Assembly: GCA_963790255.1 (NCBI GenBank)
Contig: CAWBOA010000004.1
Span: 5,339 to 69,338 of the forward strand
Length of the DNA: 64,000 bases
Source: an uncultured Chloroflexia bacterium
GTDB lineage: Bacteria > Chloroflexota > Limnocylindria > QHBO01
Direction: 5' to 3'
Position 1 is the first letter of the stretch. The number at the start of each line of letters is the position of its first letter. Below, piece after piece: positions 57,545 through 64,000 of this stretch. Below the pieces are notes generated by a model that saw nothing but the letters and a program-made list of their open reading frames with translations, had not been told where the DNA came from and searched no databases. Made by a program: the position numbers and the translations under genes.

Positions 57545-58969
57545 TCAGTCCCCGAGCGCGCGATGGAGGAACGCGGCCATCTGCTCCCGGGTGACGTTGG
57601 CGCTCGGGCAGTAGCGTCCATCCGCGCAGCCGCCGGTGATGCCGGAGGCCGCGAGGCGATTGATGTCGGCCTCGTGGGCGCTGGAGTTGTCGTCGAAGAA
57701 GAAGTCGGTGGACGTCGTCGGCAGGCCGAGAGCGCGGCTGAGGAAGCTGGCCATCTGCTCGCGGGTGATGTTCGCCCCGGGGCAGAACCTGCCGTCGTCG
57801 CAGCCGCCGGTGATGCCGGAGGCCGCGAGGCGATTGATGTCGGCCTGGTGCCCACTGGCGTTGTCATCGGAGAAGTAGTCGGTCGACGTCGCCGGCAGGC
57901 CCAGCGCACGCGCCAGGAAGCTCGCCATCTGCTCGCGCGTGACGGATGCCTTTGGGCAGAACTTGCCGCCGCCGCACCCCGAGGTGATGCCCTCCCGGGA
58001 CATCCAGGCGATGTCGGCCGCAAACGGCGAGCCGGTCACGTCGCTGAACAGCCCGCCGAACCCGGCACCGCCCGTCGTGTCCGAGGGGTCGCCGGCAAAG
58101 GCGTACCAGTAGTCGGGATCGCCGAAGTGGAAGCCATCGATGACCGTGCGCTGGACCCAGTACTCGGCGCCGGGCACGTCCGGATGGGGCGCCGCCGTCA
58201 GCGTGTCCGCGCCGTAGCCCTCGCCGGCGGCGAAGATGGAGGCGTACGTTCCCCCTCCGCTCAGGAGCCGGCCGACAACCTCGTCGGCGTCACCGTAGGC
58301 CGTGGCGAAGTAGGCGCTTCCCCCGAGGGCGAAGACCGGATACGAGTAGTTCCGCACGCGAGCCTGCGCCTGGGCCAGGGTCGTTACCGGGTCCGACTCC
58401 TCGTATCGCTCGCCGAAGCCGGCAGTGTAGTGGGACTGGCCATAGACCATCACGAATCCTGGGGCCGGGTCGACCGGTCCGCCCGCGCAGTACTGGCGCT
58501 GTGCGGCGCCATCGGATGAGCCGAGCGTGCCGAGCAGCGCCTTCTCGCCGCAGTACACCATCGTGGTCGACCAGTTGTCGCCGTCGCCATTGGTGGTGGT
58601 TCGGTTGAGGCCCCAGCCGTTGACACGATCGGTGTACTCCACGCCCGTGGTGTAGGGGTTCGGGTAGCCGTTGCCGTGGCCGAAGTAGACGATCACGTTG
58701 GCGCCGGCGACGGCGCTGCGCACGTTCGCCCAGGTCGCGCTGGGGGAGTAGGCCTTGACGACGGTCGCACCGGCCGCCGAAGCGACCTCGGCGACGGCGT
58801 CCCCGCGCGCCCGGTAGTTCGCGGTCAGCGTGCCGACGGGCCCGACGATGATGGCGACCTTCACACCCGTCCCGGCGGCCACCGGTGAGGCCGACGTGCC
58901 GGGGACGGCGCCGACGACGGCGAGGACGAGAAGCACGATGGCGGCAACGGCGCGGGCGGGGACGGGCAA
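57545..58969 (-). CDS. Secreted protein with uncharacterised N-terminal domain and three C-terminal SLH-like modules (start taken at TTG 58969 after GGAGAG)
   Basis: LPVPARAVAAIVLLVLAVVGAVPGTSA is the signal. VKVAIIVGPVG...GANVIVYFGHGNGYPNPY...STTMVYCGEKA...FVMVYGQSHYTAG is the domain. Then three modules, ending FLHRALGD*. Confidence 0.75.
   Translation of the reverse strand: MPVPARAVAAIVLLVLAVVGAVPGTSASPVAAGTGVKVAIIVGPVGTLTANYRARGDAVAEVASAAGATVVKAYSPSATWANVRSAVAGANVIVYFGHGNGYPNPYTTGVEYTDRVNGWGLNRTTTNGDGDNWSTTMVYCGEKALLGTLGSSDGAAQRQYCAGGPVDPAPGFVMVYGQSHYTAGFGERYEESDPVTTLAQAQARVRNYSYPVFALGGSAYFATAYGDADEVVGRLLSGGGTYASIFAAGEGYGADTLTAAPHPDVPGAEYWVQRTVIDGFHFGDPDYWYAFAGDPSDTTGGAGFGGLFSDVTGSPFAADIAWMSREGITSGCGGGKFCPKASVTREQMASFLARALGLPATSTDYFSDDNASGHQADINRLAASGITGGCDDGRFCPGANITREQMASFLSRALGLPTTSTDFFFDDNSSAHEADINRLAASGITGGCADGRYCPSANVTREQMAAFLHRALGD
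57780..57937. repeat. 158-nt segment nearly identical to 50657..50814
   Basis: See the partner repeat. Mismatches occur only at three positions (g/a, a/t, t/c). Confidence 0.9.
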
Positions 58970-59111
58970 TGGGCTCTCCAGGCGGTGGGCGGGCGGGTAC
59001 GTAACCACCCTAGGCCGCACCGTACTCTGAAACCCATGGCGCGATGGTCCGCATGGCCGCGGCTCCATCGGGCCATGTGCCAAGCGGCACCGGCGACGTG
59101 AAGCGGCCCGA

Positions 59112-59966
59112 TCAGCCCTGGGTGAAGGCGAGCACGACGAGCAGCCGTTCGGCGGATCCGACGTCGAACGCCGGGCGCACGAAGGCGGTCTGCGTGAGCG
59201 CGTTCGGGTCGTCCTCCACGGCCTGGACCGTGCCGATCAGCAGGCCGCCGGGGTAGCGGCTCGCCTCCTCGCCGAAGGTGAGGCCGGCGCTGATGATCGT
59301 GTCGCCGGCGGTGACCGTCTCGGTGACGGGAATGCCGCTCATGACGAGCTGGCCACCCGCCTGGCCGCGCAGCTCCCCGAGCGCCCGGCTGGCCTGGTCG
59401 AGCGCGATGACCGTCGACCGGGTGTCGACGATGAAGCGGATGCGGGCCGTGTCGTCGGTGACGCCGATGACGGTCCCGGCCAGGGCTCCGGCGCCGTTGG
59501 CGTTGGCCACGACCGCCATGCCAATCCGCACGCCATCAGCGCGGCCGGCATCGATGCCGACCTCCCAGGCAAAGTTCGACGGGTCGCGGCTGACGACCCG
59601 CACCGGGAGGAGGTCCATCTCGAGCGCCTCGGTGATGCCGAGCAGCTCGCGGAGCTCCTCGTTCTCGCGGGCCGCCTCCGCCAGCTCGGCGATGCGCTGC
59701 TGGGCCCCGGCCAGGGCGACGCGCAGGTCGGTGTTCTCGCCGCGCAGCCGATCGATATCACCGATCGCCCCGAAGAGGCCCGTCACGCCCGAGCCGATCC
59801 CGGTCAGCGTGTCGCGAACGGGAGCGAGGGCCCTGGTCGTGACGCGCTGCAGCGTCAGGGCGGGCTCGGTCGAGCTCGCCAGCAGCATCAGCAGGCAACA
59901 GATCGTGAACCCGGCGAACCAGAGGCCGCCCCGGGTGCGTCGGTGCGGGCTGGTCGGCCCGAACAT
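59112..59966 (-). CDS. mreC: Rod shape-determining protein MreC
   Basis: N-terminal anchor LWFAGFTICCLLMLLA, coiled coil ENTDLRVALAGAQQRIAELAEAARENEELRELLG, beta domains VVSRDPSNFAWEVGIDAGRADGVRIGMAVV and YPGGLLIGTV. Directly downstream of mreB. Confidence 0.85.
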   Translation of the reverse strand: MFGPTSPHRRTRGGLWFAGFTICCLLMLLASSTEPALTLQRVTTRALAPVRDTLTGIGSGVTGLFGAIGDIDRLRGENTDLRVALAGAQQRIAELAEAARENEELRELLGITEALEMDLLPVRVVSRDPSNFAWEVGIDAGRADGVRIGMAVVANANGAGALAGTVIGVTDDTARIRFIVDTRSTVIALDQASRALGELRGQAGGQLVMSGIPVTETVTAGDTIISAGLTFGEEASRYPGGLLIGTVQAVEDDPNALTQTAFVRPAFDVGSAERLLVVLAFTQG

Positions 59967-59979
59967 ATGTCGCTCGGCT

Positions 59980-61041
59980 TCAGCGCGGGGCGCGGGTGAA
60001 CTGCTCGCTGACGAGGACGCGCTCGAGCTGGTCGAGCTCCTCGAGCACGCGTCCCGTGCCGCGCACGACGCAGGTCAGCGGGTCGTCGGCGATATGGACC
60101 GGCATCTGGGTCGCCTCCGCCACGCGCCGGTCCAGGCCCATCAGCAGCGCGCCGCCGCCGGCCAGGACGATGCCCTGGTCCATGATGTCGGCCACGAGCT
60201 CCGGCGGGGTCTCCTCGATCGTCTCCTTGATCGCCTCGACGATCTGCGCGATCGAGGGCTCGAGCGCCTCGCGAATCTGGTCGCCGCCGACCTCGACGCT
60301 GCGCGGGAGCCCGGTCAGGAGGTCGCGGCCGCGGAAGGTGACGGTGCGCTCATCGGCCGTCTCGCTCGGGTAGGCCGATCCCACCGCGATCTTGATCTCC
60401 TCGGCGGTGCGCTCCCCCATCAGCAGGTTGTACTCGCGACGGGCGAAGCTGACGATGTCGGTGTCCATCTCGTCGCCGCCGATCCGGACCGATCGGCTGA
60501 CCACGATCCCGCCCAGGCTGATGACGGCCACCTCGGTCGTGCCGCCGCCGATGTCGACGATGAGGCTGCCCGAGGGCTCGCTGACCGGCAGGCCGGCGCC
60601 GATGGCGGCGGCCATCGGCTCCTCGATGAGGCGCGACCATCGCGCGCCGGCGTTCACCGTGGCGTCGCGCACGGCGCGCTTCTCGACCTCGGTCACGCCC
60701 GATGGAATGCCGACGAGGACGCGCGGGCGCGGGATGCGGGCGTATCGGTCGTGGACCTTGTTGATGAAGTACCGGATCATCTGCTCGGTCACGTCGAAGT
60801 CGCTGATGACGCCGTCGCGCAGCGGTCGGATGGCGACGATGTTCGCCGGAGTTCGGCCGACCATGCGCTTCGCCTCGGCCCCGATCGCCAGCACCCGCTT
60901 CGTCCGCGTGTCCATGGCAACCACGGATGGCTCGCTGATGACGATGCCGCGGTTGCGGACGGTGACGAGGGTGTTCGCCGTGCCGAGGTCGATGCCGACG
61001 TCGTGGCTGAGGAGGCCGAGCAGGCCGTCGAAGAGTCCCAA
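59980..61041 (-). CDS. mreB: Rod shape-determining actin homologue MreB (TTG start after GAGAGGGA)
   Basis: DVGIDLGTANTLV, VVAM, IRPLRDGVI, VIGIPSGVTEVEKRAV, LIEEPMAAAIGAG, VDIGGGTTEVAVISLGG, GIVLAGGGALL. Confidence 0.9.
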   Translation of the reverse strand: MGLFDGLLGLLSHDVGIDLGTANTLVTVRNRGIVISEPSVVAMDTRTKRVLAIGAEAKRMVGRTPANIVAIRPLRDGVISDFDVTEQMIRYFINKVHDRYARIPRPRVLVGIPSGVTEVEKRAVRDATVNAGARWSRLIEEPMAAAIGAGLPVSEPSGSLIVDIGGGTTEVAVISLGGIVVSRSVRIGGDEMDTDIVSFARREYNLLMGERTAEEIKIAVGSAYPSETADERTVTFRGRDLLTGLPRSVEVGGDQIREALEPSIAQIVEAIKETIEETPPELVADIMDQGIVLAGGGALLMGLDRRVAEATQMPVHIADDPLTCVVRGTGRVLEELDQLERVLVSEQFTRAPR

Positions 61042-61194
61042 GGTCCCTCTCGTGTGCGCTTGTGGTTCGCCACCCGTGGCACCGAGGGCGGAGGCGGTGC
61101 GTCGGAGCACCCCGAACGCGGCGCTACCCTACCATGCTGCCCCGAACCGACCACCCGGACCATCGTCGCCCCGCGCAGCGGTATGGTTAGGCCG

Positions 61195-63381
61195 ATGACC
61201 ACCGCCCACCCGGCGCTCGCGGCCGAGGAAATCGCCAGGCTGGCCAGCGGCGAGCACCACGATCCGCACGCCATCCTCGGCGCCCATCACGCAAACGGCG
61301 GGACGGTCATTCGCGCCTTCCACCCCGATGCGAGCCGCGCGGACCTGGTCGCGCCGAACGGCGGCACGGCGCCGATGGAGGCGCTCGGCGACGGCCTCTG
61401 GGCCGGCCTCGTTCCGGACCTCGCGCCGGGCCAGTTCCGCTACCGGGTCAGGTTCACGTTTGCCGACGACGTGACCTGGGACCGCGACGACCCGTATCGC
61501 TTCGGCCCGACCGTCGGCGAGGTCGACCTCCACCTCATCGCGGAGGGCACCCACGAGCGGCTGTACGACGTGCTCGGCGCCCACCCGCGCACGCACGAGG
61601 GCATTACCGGGGTCGGCTTCGCGGTGTGGGCACCCAACGCGCGGAGCGTGCGCCTCGTGGGCGACTTCGACCGATGGGACGGCCGCCTGCTCCCGATGCG
61701 CTCGATGGGCGCGTCGGGGGTGTGGGAGCTCTTCGTGCCCGGCATCAGCGTCGGCGAGCTGTACAAGTTCGAGGTCCTCGGCAGCGACGGGAAGCTGCGG
61801 CTCAAGGCCGATCCCTTCGCCTTCGCCATGCAGGTGCGACCCGAGACCGCATCGCGCGTGTGGGACCCGACGGCCTTCGCGTGGACCGACGACGAGTGGA
61901 TGCGCCAGCGAGCGAGCCACGACCCGTATCGGTCACCGATGGCCGCCTACGAGGTCCACCTGGGCTCGTGGATGCGCAACACCGACGGCTCGTGGCTCGG
62001 CTACCGCGAGGCGGCCGAGCGCCTCGTCGAGCACTGCCGCCGCTTCGGCTTCACGCACGTGGAGCTCCTCCCGGTGGCGGAGCACCCGTTCGACGGGTCG
62101 TGGGGCTACCAGGTGACCGGCTACTACGCCCCGACCTCGCGCTTCGGATCGCCGGACGACTTCGCGGCCATGGTCGACACGCTGCACAGTGCGGGGATCG
62201 GGGTCATCGTCGACTGGGTCCCGGCCCACTTCCCGACCGACGAGTTCGCGCTGCGCCGCTTCGACGGCACACCACTCTACGAGCACGCCGATCCGCAGCG
62301 CGGCGAGCACCCCGACTGGGGGACGCTGATCTTCGACTTCGGCCGGCCGGAAGTGCGCAACTTCCTCGTCGCCAATGCGCTGTTCTGGTGCGAGCGCTAC
62401 CACGTCGACGGGCTGCGGGTCGATGCGGTGGCCTCGATGCTCTACCTCGACTACTCGCGCAAGGCGGGCGAATGGACGCCGAACGTCCACGGCGGGCGGG
62501 AGAACCTCGAGGCCATCGCGTTCCTGCGCGAGACGAACGAGCGGGTCTACGGGCGATTCCCCGGCGTCGTCACCATCGCCGAGGAGTCGACCGCGTTTCC
62601 CGGGATCACCCGCCCGACCTACCTCGGCGGCATCGGTTTCGGCTTCAAGTGGGACATGGGCTGGATGCACGACACGCTGTCGTTCTTCCGCGAGGACCCG
62701 GTCCATCGGCGTTACCACCACGACAAGCTGACCTTCCGCGGCCTCTACAAGGACACGGAGCAGTTCGTGCTGCCCCTCTCCCACGACGAGGTCGTCCACG
62801 GCAAGGGCTCGCTCCTGCGCAAGATGCCCGGAGACGAGTGGCAGCGCTTCGCGAACCTCCGGGCGCTCCTGCTCGACATGTGGGCCCAGCCGGGCAAGAA
62901 GCTCGTCTTCATGGGCGCCGAGCTCGGCATGTGGGAGGAGTGGTCGCACGACCGCGAGCTCCCCTGGGAGCTGCTCGAAGCACCCATGCACGGCGGCGTC
63001 GCGCGCTTCGTCGAGGACCTCGGCCGCGTCTACGCGTCGACGCCCGCCCTCTGGGCGGCCGACCACGATCCGGAAGGCTTCGCCTGGATCGATGCGTCCG
63101 ACGTCGAGTCGAGCGTCTACTCCTGGATCCGGCGTGGCGGCGGCGAGACCGCGGTCGCCGTCCTCAACCTGACCCCCATCCCGCGTCATGACTACCGCCT
63201 CGGCCTGCCGCACGGCGGGCACTGGGAAGAGGCCATCAACTCGGACTCCGAGCACTACGGCGGGTCGAACCTCGGCAATCTCGGGGGCGTCGACGCGGCC
63301 GAGGAGCCCTGGCACGGGCAGCCCTTCTCCGCGACGCTGACGTTGCCGCCGCTCGGCGGGCTCATCCTCCGCCCGACCTAG
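61195..63381 (+). CDS. glgB: 1,4-alpha-glucan branching enzyme
   Basis: ATG 61195 inside the long ORF 59278..63381. HHDPHAILGAH, GVGFAVWAPNARSVRLVGDFDRWDG, YKFEV, AYEVHLGSW, GFTHVELLPVAEHPFDGSWGYQ, DWVPAHFP, DGLRVDAVASMLY, TIAEESTAFPG, LSHDEVVHGK. Confidence 0.9.
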   Translation: MTTAHPALAAEEIARLASGEHHDPHAILGAHHANGGTVIRAFHPDASRADLVAPNGGTAPMEALGDGLWAGLVPDLAPGQFRYRVRFTFADDVTWDRDDPYRFGPTVGEVDLHLIAEGTHERLYDVLGAHPRTHEGITGVGFAVWAPNARSVRLVGDFDRWDGRLLPMRSMGASGVWELFVPGISVGELYKFEVLGSDGKLRLKADPFAFAMQVRPETASRVWDPTAFAWTDDEWMRQRASHDPYRSPMAAYEVHLGSWMRNTDGSWLGYREAAERLVEHCRRFGFTHVELLPVAEHPFDGSWGYQVTGYYAPTSRFGSPDDFAAMVDTLHSAGIGVIVDWVPAHFPTDEFALRRFDGTPLYEHADPQRGEHPDWGTLIFDFGRPEVRNFLVANALFWCERYHVDGLRVDAVASMLYLDYSRKAGEWTPNVHGGRENLEAIAFLRETNERVYGRFPGVVTIAEESTAFPGITRPTYLGGIGFGFKWDMGWMHDTLSFFREDPVHRRYHHDKLTFRGLYKDTEQFVLPLSHDEVVHGKGSLLRKMPGDEWQRFANLRALLLDMWAQPGKKLVFMGAELGMWEEWSHDRELPWELLEAPMHGGVARFVEDLGRVYASTPALWAADHDPEGFAWIDASDVESSVYSWIRRGGGETAVAVLNLTPIPRHDYRLGLPHGGHWEEAINSDSEHYGGSNLGNLGGVDAAEEPWHGQPFSATLTLPPLGGLILRPT

Positions 63382-64000
63382 CGCGTCCGGCGCTGCTGGA
63401 GCTGCCTGACCAGCGAGCGGACGCGGACGTCACCACCGAGATCCTCCACCGGGACCGGCAGCGGGATGGACCAGTTCGGGCGCTGCGCCGAGACGGTGCC
63501 TGGGATGTTCGGCCGCCGCTCCATCCGTAGCGCGTCCTCGAGCGTGGCAGCAACGAGCATCGACGGCGACGCGGCCAACGCCGCATGCAGCCCGAGCACC
63601 ACCGCCTCGAGGCCGGCGTCCTCGCCCGCGCCAGCCGCAGCAAGCAGGCGCGCTCGCAGCGTCGCCAGCCCGCTCGGGTCGGGCGAGATGTTGGCCGCTG
63701 CCTGGTCGTCGAGGTCGCTGCCGGTGAGGATCCCGGCCATCGTCGGCAGGTCGTGGGTGGAGACGGCGGCGAGGGCGAGCCGAGCGTACCGACTCGGTGG
63801 AATCCGCTCGAACAGGGCGAGCCTGGTCGAGAGCATCCGGCGCCGGCGCAGCGCACTCCGGACGCCGGGCGGCACGGTGCCGAGGTCCTCGCCGATCACG
63901 ATCGCCCCGGCTCGGTGCGACTCGAGCGCGACGATCTCGAGGAGCTCGTCGGTGGGCTGGCGGACGTAGGCCCCGTCGCTCATGCCCTTGGGCACCCACC
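63378..64000 (-). CDS. malQ: 4-alpha-glucanotransferase (amylomaltase), C-terminal part; 5' end beyond window
   Basis: AIVIGEDLGTVPPGVR, AAVSTHDLPT, ATLEDALRMERRPNIPGT...PNWSIPLPV. Its stop overlaps the glgB stop region (convergent). Confidence 0.8.
   Translation of the reverse strand, partial: WVPKGMSDGAYVRQPTDELLEIVALESHRAGAIVIGEDLGTVPPGVRSALRRRRMLSTRLALFERIPPSRYARLALAAVSTHDLPTMAGILTGSDLDDQAAANISPDPSGLATLRARLLAAAGAGEDAGLEAVVLGLHAALAASPSMLVAATLEDALRMERRPNIPGTVSAQRPNWSIPLPVPVEDLGGDVRVRSLVRQLQQRRTR

Overview
The window is a composite, read by eye only with no searches or computed statistics. (1) 1 to ~7,250 is an AT/GC-balanced tailed-phage head/neck module: scaffold, P22-coat-like major capsid, a Lys/Ala/Glu-rich small protein, a large tandem-repeat fibre/decoration-like protein, head-tail adaptors, an HK97 gp10-like gene and a DUF3168-like gene. 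It is riddled with frameshifts and ends mid-gene. (2) ~7,260 to 64,000 is very GC-rich chromosome (third codon positions almost all G/C) of an actinobacterium- or Chloroflexi-like organism, dominated by cell-envelope functions. It holds an ABC-transporter-type glycan locus: a Wzt ATPase with a C-terminal binding domain, a coiled-coil methyltransferase and five glycosyltransferases, interrupted by an AbiEi/AbiEii toxin-antitoxin islet. A UPF0182 membrane protein and a DUF2029/GT87-like membrane glycosyltransferase follow. There are two copies of a 2,3-diacetamido-sugar pathway (WbpB/WbpE/WbpD-like). The second copy sits in a well-preserved operon, on the minus strand, with WbpA-like dehydrogenase, a WecB 2-epimerase, a Wzx flippase and a polyprenol-P-mannose synthase. 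WecA/TagO, an LCP ligase, a GGDEF cyclase, tRNA-Pro, MazG, a triple-parvulin PPIase, rph-rdgB, mreBC, glgB and malQ are also present. Accessory features stand out. A lower-GC islet at 28.0-30.5 kb encodes an orphan Flp pilin, a YetF-like protein, an orphan GvpA-type gas-vesicle protein and a truncated collagen-like protein. That islet ends at a breakpoint that also truncates a convergent Cys/Met-metabolism PLP-dependent gene. An intact SARP regulator fused to a BMP/PnrA-type ligand-binding domain is bracketed by tRNA-Pro and a 5'-half pseudo-copy of that tRNA. Four secreted proteins (S8 protease, CAP domain, GH18, unknown domain) each end in three Cys-containing SLH-like modules, with evidence of gene conversion between them. 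Dozens of apparent frameshifts, dense in 1-36 kb and rare in 36-64 kb, mean many CDS coordinates are reconstructed across frames. Long antisense ORFs in the GC-rich part are artefacts.
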